Of a stretch of 64,000 bases of DNA, positions 1 to 13,917 are shown one piece after another (within the stretch, counting starts at the first letter, position 1; each line of letters opens with the position of its first letter). The notes beneath the pieces were generated by a model. The model saw only the letters and a program-made list of their open reading frames with translations, was not told where the DNA came from and did not search any database. Location of the stretch: assembly GCF_006345805.1 (NCBI RefSeq), contig NC_043014.1, positions 20,398,001-20,462,000 on the forward strand. The letters are read 5' to 3'. Origin of the DNA: Octopus sinensis (Eukaryota). The position numbers were made by a program, and so were the translations under genes.

Positions 1-78
1 ATAATTACAGCAGGCTATTTCTGTTTCGTGGTATACATACATACATACATACATATATACATGCATACATATATATAC

Positions 79-110
<32 letters not shown>

Positions 111-144
111 GAAAATATATATATGTATGTGTATATGTATGTAT

Positions 145-189
<45 letters not shown>

Positions 190-274
190 TATAATACATA
201 ATATATATATTATATACATATATATATATATACATACATATATATATACATATATATATATCTACATACATACA

Positions 275-352
<78 letters not shown>
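1..352. repeat. Compound (AT)n/(ATAC)n microsatellite
   Basis: Directly visible dinucleotide and tetranucleotide runs; source of the Y/I-rich pseudo-ORFs. Confidence 0.95.
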
Positions 353-357
<5 letters not shown>

Positions 358-400
358 GAGGATAGTGGATGTAATATTATCGATAATGGCATGAAATTAC

Positions 401-532
401 GTTTGACGCTCTGGCTGATAACTGATGAGGAATTTGTGACCAGCGTTTGTTCTCCGTCGGTCTGTGCGTCTGTGCATTCAGTGCATTTATAATGTTTTCT
501 GTCCGTTTGTTTATTACTATACATTTTGACTT
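401..532 (-). CDS. Candidate isolated host exon (44 codons, [44 protein letters not shown])
   Basis: Unique-sequence island between microsatellites. Minus-strand acceptor ttttcag at 533-539, donor AAC|GTAATT at 400, 132 bp, phase 1-1, stop-free. No homology recognised. Confidence 0.25.
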
Positions 533-538
533 CTGAAA

Positions 539-540
<2 letters not shown>

Positions 541-569
<29 letters not shown>

Positions 570-740
570 TGTATGTATGTATGCATGTATGTATGTATGT
601 ATGCATGTATGCATGTATGTATGTATGCATGTATGTATGTATGTACGTATGTATGCATGTACGTATGTATGTATGTGTATGTATGTATGTATGCATGTAT
701 GTATGTATGCATGCATGTTTGTATCTATATATGTATGTAC
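541..740. repeat. (ATGT)n microsatellite
   Basis: Direct tetranucleotide run with ATGC variants. Confidence 0.95.
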
Positions 741-769
741 ATACACATAGATAAGGGAATGCATAGTGT

Positions 770-1080
770 TCAGTGGTTGGAGGTATTTGGTTAGCGATCG
801 TAAGGTCGTGGGTTCGATATACGAAGCTGTGTTGTGTCCTTCAGCAAGTCACTTTACTGCACTTTCTTTATTCCAGTTAGCTGGCAAAAATGAGTTCTAC
901 CTGTAATTAAAATGGGCCAGAATTGTCACATTTCGTGTCCCATCGAATTTCTCTGAAGACTAGGTTAACGGTACGCGTGCCTATGGAGTGTTCAGCCACT
1001 TGTACGTTAAGTTCACGTGCAGGGCGTTCCGGTGATCGTGTCAACTGGAACCCTCACCGTCGAAACCGACAGAATGTCGG
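770..1080 (+). mobile_element. tRNA-derived SINE, family D
   Basis: A-box-like cagtggttgg, B-box-like gggttcgat, gtccttcagcaagtcactt central motif; body aligns with the copy at 5395-5710. Confidence 0.75.
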
Positions 1081-1897
1081 TTAAACACATATTCTTTCCC
1101 TCGCACATATTTCATGTTACTTGATTCGCAGTGTACCTACACTTATATATGCATGTGTGTGTGTGTCTGTGTATGTGTGTGTGTATGTGTGTGTGGTGTG
1201 CTGATCATTCGACTGAAACCATTTTCCCAATAACAAAACAAAGCACATTTCTCCTTTATTTCATTTTCTTCCCTCCTTCTTTCCTTTTTTCTTCTTCTGT
1301 TCACTCTCAATTATTCTACTTTCTACACATTAAATATAATTTCTTAAAATCGATGTGAACATCAAACTAATTATTGTAACTGGTTTTTACTTTGTAATCT
1401 GTGTCGTTATTCTTCGTGCTAATTTTGAAATTGTGTCTGTGTGTGCATATATACACACACGTGCGTGTGTGTGTGTGTATACAATCAAAATAAGCAAAAG
1501 GATACCAAGAAATGCTACAGTACGACCGTTTCAAGCGCTCCATTTAATTGAACAATGCAAGCATTACATCAATTTAAATACAGTGCTATCATCAGCTGCA
1601 CAAATAGAATTTTAATCAATTGGACACATTAATACAATTTTTCTCAAATACTTTAACAAAGCAAGAAGATGGAAGAAATCCATGTTGTCGCTATTGTATC
1701 TAAGAATATATTACACTTCCAAGATAGGCATGAAGCTTACTGGGGTTATAGCTTGTAAAGGATTGTGGTTCATTTCTAATTTATCGGTATTTTATCAACT
1801 ACTAAATCTAAGACTAGAGAGCTGTGTCTGTTTGGAACGAAGGGCAAGAATGAGTTGACAGTTGGCTATATATATATATAATATATATATATATATA

Positions 1898-2136
1898 AGT
1901 TATCGCCAAGCTAATATGGCAGTCCATAAATATAAGACTATAGCTGCCGTTGATTAGCCCCAAGAGGCCATCGCCTCTAGCTAGCTATATGAAACACGCA
2001 CCTGTGTCCATTATAACCTTCGAACAGGGGAGGTCAGCCGCTTCCCCTTGCAGGTCAGGCATCTGCAGACATGTTTCAAGGTAACGGCAGCTATAGTCTT
2101 ATATTTATGGACTGCCATATTAGCTTGGCGATAACT
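1898..2136. repeat. Perfect 54-bp inverted repeat (1898-1951 / 2083-2136) with 131-bp spacer
   Basis: Arms are exact reverse complements base by base; left arm abuts (AT)n. Confidence 0.95.
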
Positions 2137-2312
2137 GTTCATTTCCAGTACCGCTGCCGTAGTCTCCTTCAGAGAGACTTAGACATTTTAATATTTCTAT
2201 TTTTGAAAACCAGTGGATGTATTCCACTGAAATTAGGTAAATAACCCTTCGAACAGACGGTCAGCAGCAACGCCTGCTGGTTTTGGCTACTCTGCATTGA
2301 TAAAGGGCAAAC

Positions 2313-2608
2313 ACCGCTAATTTACAGAGACGTAAACACACCAAGACCGGTTGTCAAGCGATGGTGGGGGAACAAACACAGACACAAAGACACACACACA
2401 TAAATGCATGCTCCCTCTCACACACACACACATAGATATATATAAGACGGGCTTCTTCCAGTTTCCCTTAACCAAATCCACTCACAAAGCTTTTATCGGC
2501 CCGAGGCTATAATAAGAGACGCTTGCCCAAAGTGCCACACAGTGGGACTGAACCCGGAACCATGTGGTTAGGAAACAATCTTCTTACCACACAGCTATGT
2601 CTGCGCCT
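2313..2608 (-). mobile_element. SINE family A, 3'-truncated
   Basis: Matches full copies at 15974 and 39188 (gtgggactgaacccggaaccatgtgg, aaatccactcacaa, internal CA/TA run). Confidence 0.85.
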
Positions 2609-3050
2609 AAGCGTAAAAATCTCAGCATTTTTTAATTTTAACTAATATCTGAGAAGAATTATTCCTATGTAAATTGTAACTGATTTATTAGTTCTTCTGG
2701 ACAATCAAGGAGAATATCATGCACATCCTCATGTGAGCTGCAAGATAACCAATGACAGTGATAAACATATGAAACTGCTTGTAGGTACCTCATAACCTGC
2801 TGTCACCTTGCTCTATATAGGATTGTTAGGTATCAAATCACTTGTCTTATGCATGATTAGAAGACTCATTGTGTTAGATGAAGTCTATAAAATGTATATG
2901 TCTGTCGTATTACGAAGCTGCGTATTACGGCTTCATTTGTTAAGACACAAATAATGTTTCTGCTAATTATTTGTCTTTAAGTTTGTTTCCTTATGTATTT
3001 GTTTTTCATTCACACTCCCACATCTTTCAGCGCGTGCGCGTACGCACACA

Positions 3051-3113
<63 letters not shown>

Positions 3114-3613
3114 CAACATTTAAACATCAGACTTACCCATGCAACATATTTAATGTAGTATTCTGAGAAATTATTATTAACGAAATTTAACTGCACCCCA
3201 ACCCCCAGTCCTTTCAATAGACAGTTTTACTTTTATCAAAACCATTGGTCCTCATCTTGGGTTCATATGGCCCATGGACTTTTGTATTAGTGGGACTGAA
3301 TCCGGAACCATGTGCAATGAATTGGTTATATTTCCCCAATACACAAAGCATTTTAACAATTTTCTTTGCACAATTTTTAATATGTAATTATAAAAAATGT
3401 AATTGGATGATTTTTTTTAAAGATCGGATGCCGAGTATGGTTCATCCTAGTGAAATAAGAATAAAAAGGGTTCAGAAATAGAATATAGTTGAGAATCAGT
3501 TAGATTCTAAGCTCTTATGGAAAGCAAAATTATCAAGTTTCTGTTTTATTTCCTCTCCATAGTTTTCTGGACCGATGTATTGTCAACTACTTTTTTTTTA
3601 CGTGTTTTTCTAG

Positions 3614-4330
3614 TTAGACAGTCATCTTAATGTCTTTGCTATATTTATCAGTAATAGCGAAGATGCTCTTAACTTCAGGCCCGTTTGCATCATATGATTT
3701 CAGGTCTTCCGTGAACAGAAAATCATTAACGATCGTGATCCACTCTCTTATATATGTAAATTTGGCCTTTTCTTCCGTGTCATTCAAGAGTAGCAATCAT
3801 AGAATATCAGGAATAGCAGATAGAATATCACCTTCGGATATATCAATTGATATTCATGTGAGACTGGCTGTAAAAGATAAGGTATTGATATAGACCACTA
3901 AATACCACATCGTTATTCTTTTATAGAATTTCACTACATCCTCATATCATGTAGAATTGCCGATGTCATATAAATGATGAGAAGTGTATCGCTGCAGTCT
4001 TCCTTTGTCAAAGAGTAGCGAATAGCTTTCCTCTGTTTGGCTGCTATGGCGGAAGAAGCGGTATGATGTCAAAATCAGATAGGATGGAGCAATGATTTTC
4101 CTTATAAAAATTTTCACGTGCTGCAGAGGAAAGTGAGGCTGGAGAATGCCCAAGCATAAATTTACGGACAGTTGAGTAAGAGTGCGAGTTGTGCCTAAGT
4201 GTAAGTGTCCACTCTGTGCACGCAACAGTGAGGCAGAGACAAGACCTGGAGTACGGGACGTACTTTCCATAGCCAGAATAATGGGAGATGTGTAAGGCTT
4301 CATATCTGACCCTTGTTTAGATGGCGGCAC
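3614..4330 (-). pseudogene. Unidentified intronless coding relic, 239 codons with three in-frame TGA
   Basis: ORFs 3947-4330 and 3614-3796 share one frame. The intervening sequence is open apart from TGA at 3947-3949, 3854-3856 and 3797-3799; the frame ends in TAA. Complex, non-repetitive sequence. Confidence 0.6.
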
Positions 4331-4767
4331 CTCTATTGTTTCTCATTATTTTTTTTCCGTATTCCGTGTAAACACTCCCGATCTCTTTATAATTTGCCCT
4401 TGTAATTACCATCCATCAGCCATTGTAAGAGAAACCATTATCATTAGTAGTAGTAGCAGTCGTAGTGCTCTGATATCAAGGAAATGGACTGACATAAATA
4501 ATGGACTCTAGTGTTGGTTAGCTCCTTCAAATTTGTCTGTTCAATTTCTGCCTAATCATTATATTTTTGTTATTTATTATTTGTTCTTTTATATATTTAT
4601 GTATTAATTTATTTATGTATATATTTATTTATGTATTTATTTACGTATTTATTTACTTAAGTATTTATTTATTTGACTTTCCAGGTCTGTTGTTCGGGTT
4701 GTATAAAATTAGTCAATTCTCCTTCACGTGTGCGTAAGAGTGCATGAGCTTTTGTGTGCCTGTGTAT

Positions 4768-4803
<36 letters not shown>

Positions 4804-5394
4804 GGAAGAGAGAGAGCGTGTGTGTGTGTGTGGTGTGGTTTAGGTAGGAGAATAGAGTGGATTTTTATAGTTTTTTTTTTTTTATCTATGTTTTGGTGTA
4901 TTTGCATTTATTTATTTGTGAAACTGATCATCTAAGTAAAGATGTAAACAAAGACAGCTTGAATTATCCCCCTTGCAACTTACGCGTTTTTAACAAATGA
5001 TAAAACACGCTAACAATGTGGAGTTGTCAATAATTGTTCCTGGTTAGGGACCAGGTCAGCAATTTTCAGTGGAGGAGGTTAGCCGATTACAGTGGCGTTA
5101 TAGTGGCGGGGAAAGATTCACTACAACGACAATGATGGTGATGATGATGATGATGATGATGATGATATTTACCGCAAAGATAACCGTATTATTTGTAAGA
5201 AAAATGCAAGACCATAAGATATAATTTTTTTGAGGTGTGCCGTGTTGGTGGAGAATACTAACGGTATTAGAAGTACGGTATTAGTAGTACTAGTAGTACT
5301 GTCTTTATTTCATTAACCCTCGACCTGATTTGGACCTAAAACTTACTCAAATGATTCACCCATCTATCGCTTTTCATGTAGTAGTAGTAGTGAA

Positions 5395-5710
5395 GGCGCG
5401 TGGTTTAATGGTTAGAGTATTCAGCTTACGATTGTAAAGCCGCAATTCTCTGGCGGCGCGTTGTGCTCTTGAGCAAGGCACTTTATTTCACGTTGCTCCT
5501 GTCCACTCGGTTGGAAAAAATGAGATGTACCCGTATTTCAAAGGGCCAGCTTCATCACACTTTGTATCACGTTGAATCTCTCCCTGAGAACTACATGAAA
5601 GGCACGCGTGTCTGTGGAGTGCTCAGCCACTTGCACGATAATTTCACGAGCAGGCTGTTCGGTTGATCAGATCGATTGTAACACTCGTCGTCGTAACCAA
5701 CGGAGTACCA
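5395..5710 (+). mobile_element. tRNA-derived SINE, family D
   Basis: ggcgcgtggtttaatggttagag head, gctcttgagcaaggcacttt motif, same body as 770-1080. Confidence 0.8.
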
Positions 5711-5711
5711 G

Positions 5712-5731
5712 TGTTAGTAGTAGTAGTAGTG

Positions 5732-5763
<32 letters not shown>

Positions 5764-5768
5764 GTAGT

Positions 5769-5867
<99 letters not shown>

Positions 5868-5915
5868 CAGCAGCAGTAGTAGTAGCTGCAGCGGCAGCAG
5901 CGGCAATAATAATAG
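5712..5915. repeat. (AGT)n/(GGT)n/(AGC)n trinucleotide block
   Basis: Direct; immediately follows the SINE 3' end. Confidence 0.9.
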
Positions 5916-6140
5916 AGCTAGTGATAATTATTGCTGTTGATGTCTGTGATGATGATATTTATGTTATTGCTGTAGATGGTGGTTTTGTTGTAACTTAACC
6001 CCATATCAACCTTAAAAAATCCGTCTCCTTTTTTTATTTTTCTCCCATTCCAGGATTTATTTACACCAGACTACAATATGTTATAGTTGTTGTTGTTGTT
6101 TGAGAAACATTGGCCCTACAGTTTCCAATCTATTCCTAAT

Positions 6141-6240
6141 NNNNNNNNNNNNNNNNNNNNNNNNNNNNNNNNNNNNNNNNNNNNNNNNNNNNNNNNNNNN
6201 NNNNNNNNNNNNNNNNNNNNNNNNNNNNNNNNNNNNNNNN
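6141..6240. other. Assembly gap (100 N)
   Basis: Run of N; contiguity across it is not guaranteed. Confidence 1.
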
Positions 6241-9200
6241 TAGGATTTTGTACCATCACTGTGGTAACCTCCGAGGGATCCACCCAGATCTAACTATGAC
6301 CTCTACTTTTCACCTTCTGGTGCTCGTTTCTCAGAGTGTTTGAGCTTGATCCGCAAGAACTTCGACTGGATCATACAATTCAATTAAGTATTGACTGATA
6401 TGCACTTTATACATCAGAGAGGACTGCAATGTGATCTTGCATTATACGGCATCTGATAGTGGACTTTGCCCTCTTCAGATGCTCGGCGTTGCCCCCTATC
6501 GACTTGTTGGAGCTAAAGATGCCTTAGATTTGCTAAGCAAATTCAACCCTCCTAACAGACTCTAACTGTCTTTCTTATATTCATGCATGACACGCTACCG
6601 CCAGAATCAACCCGTTTTCTTTTTTCCAATTCTGAACACGAAGGAGCTCTCCAAGAAACTGGTAATCTGCAAACTTTGTGAGTGGTACCGAGACCCACAA
6701 GTGTTTTTATTCCTCCTGACCGACTGGAATTTTCTCTGTTAATACTGTAGAAACGTCTGAAAGAGAACTGAAGAAGTTAAAACGTGACGTACACACACTG
6801 ACTTGCATTTAATTTAAATCTTCTAGTTTCTTTGTTAATCTATCTCTTGTTCTTGTTGTTGCTGTTCCTATTGCTGCTGCTACAGTTGTTTTTTGTGTTT
6901 GATTAAATGCAGGTCAGCCATAGTTGAAAAGGCATATCAATGACGTATCAAATATGACCGTCTCTCGAAAATTAGTAACTATGTTAAGCGAAATATGATT
7001 GTTATGTTTAGCAGTTGAGGTGAGTGTGTGAAACTTCTCTTAATTACAGGAGGCGATGTTGTTGTTGCTGGTAGTGTTCGTTTTTGTAGTTCCCTCTTTT
7101 ATTCTTCTAGCTAGGCAACTTATTTATGTATTTTGTGTCATTACTGTATTTGTTGTTTTTATTGCTTCTGCTGCTGCTGCTGTTGTTGTTGTTGTTGTTG
7201 TTGGCGGTGGTGGTGGTGGTGGTGGTGGTGGTAATGAAGGTGCTGCGGCTTCTGTTGCTCAATGGTCTCTCACAACAGCAGTATTTAACAATCTCCAAAT
7301 TCAAAATTTAGCCGATGACATGTCGGTGAAAAGAGCGAGAAAAGAGGTGTACCAATTACGAAATTAATACTTTCACCATAGATACCCCACCCCATCTGAA
7401 TCTTACCTTACCTGAATCTTAAGAACGTACCCAAAGTAAACACACACGGGTTTACAAAGGAGAAGATAAAAAAAATATTCCTTCCCAAATTTTCAAATTT
7501 ATATACCAAAAATATGCGTGGATGGAATAAGAAAGGAAGGGGAGAGATGAGACTAAAATTATACATTGTGTACTAAATATGTGAATACATTGGTAATGCA
7601 GTCCTGTTGATGCAGGAGATCCTCAAACTAGAATCCAGTTAACGAATCACAGATCTGACATAACTGTGTCTAACAAGGACTTTCTCCATCCGAGCCATGT
7701 AATTTTCTCCTCTTAGGAAATACGCGTTTGATTTCCCGTAGCTAAGTGCTTGTCGATTGTTCTTATGCAACTTAAAAGATCAGATCATAAGCTTGTGATT
7801 CCAACCACCATCAATGTAGACAACGTAGGTGAACACTACCGGTTAAACTAGCGAGCCCTCTAAATGCGACCAGGATGACTTGCTGTGTTTTGTCCATTTC
7901 TGCACTAGCCACTCAAGACATCCAGATAACAACAGTTGGACAATTGGAATTTATTGAGCAGGTTTGCGAGACTGCTGTACTTCCATTCCCATCAGCAAAA
8001 ATGAACAATCCCTGCGTGCGTCTATGATACCATTCCAAAGCTAATTATATAATTTTAGGAATGCCTTCAGAAGTCAAGCATCCCTAAGGTTATGTGTGCA
8101 TGTTGTTGTTGTTGCTTTTGTTGTCGTTGTTATTGTTGTTGTTGTGGTGGTGGTGGTTTGTGTGTGTAGGTGTGTATGAGTTGTTGCATTTGTGTGTCTA
8201 TTTTAGTATAAGTTGGTTTTTTTTAGGAAGATGGCTCTGTTGCGCAAGCACTCAGAGTTAAGGCATTTTATTAAAAATTACGTCATCTCAATTTCCCTCA
8301 CCTCAAAGATAGTCATATCACGTACGCGTGAAAGCAGTGTTGCTTTGCTAAAAAATGTGATCCAGTATGTTTATAAATTTGGTCATACAGCATAAGACAA
8401 TCTATTATGAACGTACATGTAGATATTTAGACTTGTGATATGCGTTCAGTTTTAATGGTGCAGTCGACGTTGAAAATTATTTTTCATTTATATATATATA
8501 TATTACTATTGACTGCCTCAGTTAGGGAAAGAAGCTCAGTGCTCATGACTTTATATTTTGTAAATGTAGAACTTGTTCGCAAAGCAGAGGCCTGGACCGA
8601 ATGCTTACAAGAATGCAAACCCAACGAAAGACACCAAAGGACCAGGTACGAGTGCTAAAGTTGGTGACAATTTAAGTCTATCACCTACGAAATCAGAATC
8701 TAATTAGTCAGTACAAATCTCACAAGGTATTTTGTCCGCCCTTGTAACAATCTTTCTAATCCAATGCCATGGGCTGAGATTGTATATTACTGGTCCCGGA
8801 AGGTAAATAGAAAAGTAGAGCTTCACAGGATTTGAGAGAGCCAGAACAAATAGGCAAGATATTTTGTCCCCCGCTATAATAACTGCTAATCTGACTTCAT
8901 ATATTATTATGGTTTAATTTTACATAAACACATTCAATAAAATTAGCCCATGGTCAAGTATAGAGATACAATTATCCATGAAATATTGCACAAGCATTCT
9001 TATAGTAAATATTTCGATTCTTCTTTGAGAAATCCATCAACGTACGGCATTATCATTTATACAAATGAAAAAAAATATGAACAAACATTTCTTCGTGAGT
9101 TCTGGTTTAATTAGCTGACTGGGAACTTAGTATATATGTACAAATGCTCTTCGTCTACATCCGCATAGCAAATATAACATCGTCTTATTGAACGATCAAA

Positions 9201-10059
9201 TAATCGAATCATGCCAGCAACAACACTATTGTGCCTTGTGAATTAGATTTTCTTTAAGATTAGTATTGCATATGATCAAAGTTCATACTTTGTAACTGTA
9301 TGATTAATAAGATGATAGTTAGTTTTAACTTACAAAGCCCCAGCGTCACCGTGATCGAACAGATTTATGATCGATGATGTTCCAGCCATGATTATCCGAT
9401 TTCTATTTAGATGATATAAATCAATACATATGTTTCCTTTTCATGACACGGTAGAGTGTGAATTGAGAAAATTTCGGTTCTTAATTGAAGCAAGTTGAGG
9501 ACTGCATGTACAAGTTTCTATCGGTGTACATACATGCACACACTATACACACACGCGCGCGGACACGTGTGAGTATATGTGCGCATGTTCGTATGTATGT
9601 ATGTATGTGTATATATGTCCGTGCAACATCGATATTCATTCCTGTGTTTGTGAAATTTTGTATGTCTGCCGTAAGGCTTCATTTCCACACGCACCAGCTT
9701 AATTCAATTCGTCCTTAGTCGAAAGACACCTGTTGTTATGTCCTGTTATTATTTTTTTTGTATTTTTTATTGTATTTATTTTTGTCCGTGTTTTCCGTCC
9801 TTCTTTTTGTATACATTCGCTGCTTTCTTCCAAGGAATCTAATGCTCTTAGCTTAGTTTTCCCTTGCCGCTGGCCAGATTGGAGCAATCTCAAGAAGAAT
9901 CAGCCGAAATTGCGAGACTAATCTGGTGCTTGACTGAGGAAAGAAAACTTCGAATGACCCATCCTTGTTTTCTATGTATTGTCTATCTGAATGTTTTGTT
10001 GTTCTCTTTTGTATCACCTAGCTGTCCGAATGTTTTGCGTTCTTGTCCCATCATTTTGT

Positions 10060-10142
<83 letters not shown>

Positions 10143-10274
10143 TGATAGATATACATATATATATAGATAGATATATATGCATATTTTATAGATATATATA
10201 TATATGCATGTATGTATGTACGAGGGGGAGTCAAAAATTATATTATATATCATATATATATATATATATATATA

Positions 10275-13200
10275 CTAGCAGAATTGCCCGGCGATGCTCG
10301 GGGCTGAATGCTTGAAAGTACTGTTAATGATTGCACTGAATTATGATGATTATTCAGGCAAATATTGATATAAGTTTACGGCGAATGAATGTATTTGTAA
10401 GTGTATAGAAAGTCGTGGTGTAAAGGGGTTCTACCCCCTCGTAGAATGGTGTAAGAATTGAATGCGAGGGTGCCTTGAAAAGAGCCATGTTATTGTTCTC
10501 ATAATTGTAAGAATTTGATAGTCGTGGAAGGCGGTGTAAAACGTTCGCAGGTGAATAGGGTCTCTTCGTTTTCCACGAACGGCAGCGGATGTGCTGTTAC
10601 AAAACTTCATGCTGTGTTAAAAGAGAATGGATACCCTATGTAGGCAAGAGGGGAATGAAGCATGGGTAAGTAAATATGGGTAATTTATAAAATATAGAAC
10701 AATAGCATCTACTCACCATATGTCAGACCGGCAAGACTGTAGTGGTGCTGAATAGATGAATCACAAGACAATGGTGGAGATGTTTTCATTGATGGGCGTT
10801 ATGATTAAATTTGTTGTTGTATAAAATGATCTGTTGCTTAGTTTCCAAAGTGTATGTTGCGATCGTGTTGTCGCTCATGTAAACTTTAACAGTGAGAGTG
10901 TAGATGTAGGGGGTAGATGAGTCATGTACGTTGGATATAGAAGATGAGGCTGGTGGTTTGATGATGAATGGATAGAAATAGAGGTGAGCGAAGGACAGGT
11001 TTTGGTTAAGTGAGAATTAATGTCATGAAACGCCTAAAAATGTAAATGCCATCATAAAAGAGAGTCGTATGTAAGTGAAATACTAACGTGTTCGAAAATG
11101 ATGAAACGTGGTAATCCAAATTTCTAATGAGCATTATAGGGGCACCAACTTTAAGTTTGAGAATGTGTGGTGGTAGTCCGGGGGGGGGGGGGGGCTCAAA
11201 GGAATTGAGTACCTCTATTGGATAGTTGATGACGTCCTCTGGGTCAGGAGTTATATCGATAGACTTATATACATAGACATCCCCAGGAATGAGTTTTAGC
11301 ATTTCATCATTAATATGGTGAACAGTTTTATTCCTCGGGGCCAGAATAGCCCTTTGGCCAATCCAATCCATATTCTGATAATTAGCTTGTAGATCTGGGT
11401 ACACTGCATCTCTGAGATCAGAAGGCGTTTTAACAATGGTACAAATGGAATCGATGGCAATATTACCATTTTCATCCCCGGGTATTTTGCCATCGCCAAG
11501 TGCAAGGAGGGTGTGAGAAAATGCTGCTGATGTGATATCACGTCGCATATGAGCACGCATATTAGTGTGAAGTTTGAGAGTCTTCACCAGTGGCCACAAT
11601 GTGGATGACTTAAGACACGCACTTACTGCATCAGCTCTAGTCCCTTTGGGAATAACGGGAAGTGTTTGTCGGAAGTTCCCTGAAAGAAGAAGTGTTATGC
11701 CTCCCATGGGAGCTGAAGAGTGTTTGATGTCTCTGAGAGATCTATCTAGTGCCTCAAGAGCACCTCTGTGGGCCATCGTGCATTCCCAACGATAAGCTTG
11801 CATCGTCTGAAGACTTCTGCCTGATCGGAGCTGTTACTGATGTTGCAAGTTGGTGTCTCAGTCTTCGCTAAGTCAAGCGGGAGCTTGAAAGTGGAGTGAG
11901 CTGTCCTGCCGCCTGGCAACAAAGTAGCCGCAATTCCAGATGATGTCACAGCTAGGGCAATGCCTTGAGTTCGCTTAATCTCAGCCAATATTAATTTGTT
12001 GACAAAAGTTTTCCCAGTGCCCCCAGGAGCGTCCAGGAAACAAAATCCCCCCAGCTTTGGCCCGGACTGAATTAACAACGGAGTTGTAAGCGAACTTTTG
12101 TTCTGGAAGGAGCTTTGGCTCATTGTCGGCTATGTACTCGGCAAGCTCGTCAACATTAAAACATATCTCACGCAGCAAATATGAAGACAGAGTGTTTGTG
12201 CCTTCCCGGTTTGTTGAAGGTAGGCCATAGACTGGCAAGGCACTACCGCCCATATCAAATACAGTATCTTCGATTTCAAGCAGCGCCCTGTTGTAAATGA
12301 GGTCAGTGTACCCGACCTCCATTGATGGATGTAGCGATTGAGCGTGACGCAGGAAATTTTCAGACATATAATCTTTGTAGGTAAGACATAAAGAGGCGGG
12401 ATCAGCCAAGTCACACCATAGTAGTAGAATAGCGAAAAGCGATCTGATTTTTTTAGGAGATTTTAACGAAACACCCTCCGCCATAGTGGCGCCCCATTGT
12501 GAATCATCCTCCAAAAGTCGACACCGAAAACAGGCTTCGCTGAAAGTATCACATAATACACCATCAACAGTTCTGATGTCTTGAAAACTTTGTGGGCCTA
12601 AAACTTCATGGGGGAGAAGGCGCAGGTGAAAACACTCATGTTGGTTTGGAGGTACAGTGTAGATTCTTCCTAGACAACTGTTAAACTTGACACCAGGATG
12701 ACCTTCAACATCCTGACCCGACTTCCTACGCACCCAATTGTTGTTTGACCACACGTAGTAGGACGGGACCTGAGGGTATAAAAGTGTTTTATCAAATGTG
12801 TCAAGTTGGCAAAGCCTAAAGAAACCGGTCAAACCCAGGACCATGTGTTTGGAACGTAGTTTGTTACCACACAGCCACACCTGCCCCTGTATATGTGTGT
12901 GTGTGTGCGTATGTGTATATGGGTAGATATATTATGCATGTATATATCTGTATATATATATATGCGTACATTTACATGTACATCTATATATATATATATA
13001 CATCTACACATAAAATACAAAATACAAAGTTATTTCTTGATATCGCTAGTGATAACAATACTCAAAATATATAACAGACTGGAATTGTAGGGCCGTCTCT
13101 TGCAATTTCGATCAATTGGATCTTGTCCTCCCTCTTGTATAGAAGTGTACGGCTGCAGCGAAATTCATTTTTGGACTTTCTTCTATGGAAGGCATTTTAA

Positions 13201-13917
13201 CAAAAATGCTTCCGTAAAGACGGTGAAAATATTGTCAATTTCCCCAAACAGGGACACAATTCAACTTTTAAGCAATAACCAAAGCCCCTTCTCCGAAAGG
13301 GGGAAGGTTACGGTTCACAATTATTTAAGAACTGCAACACAACAATGTATCCCGAACGAGGAACCAACAAATGTGATTACAATAGTGAAACAGTAATAAT
13401 AATAACAACAAACCTTTTTAATTTATCCCCATTTATGTGAAACCACTTATTCAAGTTCAAGTCATTGATGCAATTTTATACAAATTGCTAATACACACAC
13501 ACATAATAAGGGTGAAAAATTGAATATTAATTTGATTAATATGAATTGAAAACCAGTGGTGTAGCATATAAGACCATGGCCGATCTTCCTCTAGCAAAAA
13601 AGATGACCACTATTAATGGCTCATCCCTGTTATATAATACTTTCACTTTAATAGTTTCACACTTGCAAAGAGAAAGTAGGAGAAAGTGTGGTGGTAATAG
13701 CAGGAGTAAACCACTTGAAATGAGAGAGGCAAATCGTAAAATATCGAGTTTTCTCGAATTTTTGCTTAATTGGGGGTCAAATTGAAAAAATTTTACATGC
13801 CATAATCCAATCGAATCTACTTGGAAAAATCATAGGTAAATTCCAATTGAAGAAATTCTATATTGTAGAATTGTATTAAAAAGAAACATGGGAACAGGCA
13901 GAGAAAATCTGCCTTTT

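Noticed and set aside
421-465. CTGATGAG hammerhead core
   Set aside because: No downstream GAAA or stem I/III pairing.
5-794. Many 60-180 aa ORFs rich in Y/I/H/T/V/C/M, here and throughout the window
   Set aside because: They are translations of (AT)n, (GT)n and (ATGT)n microsatellites, which lack stops in some frames.
3400-3613. SECIS element downstream of the TGA-containing frame
   Set aside because: An ATGA is present on the minus strand, but I could not form the AUGA/GA quartet helix with an apical AA loop.
6241-6790. Complex sequence right of the gap with short protein-like frames
   Set aside because: No recognisable motif and context broken by the N gap.
8227-8364. 138-bp plus-strand open segment with AG/GT boundaries
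   Set aside because: Peptide unrecognisable and such segments arise by chance; no supporting neighbour exon.
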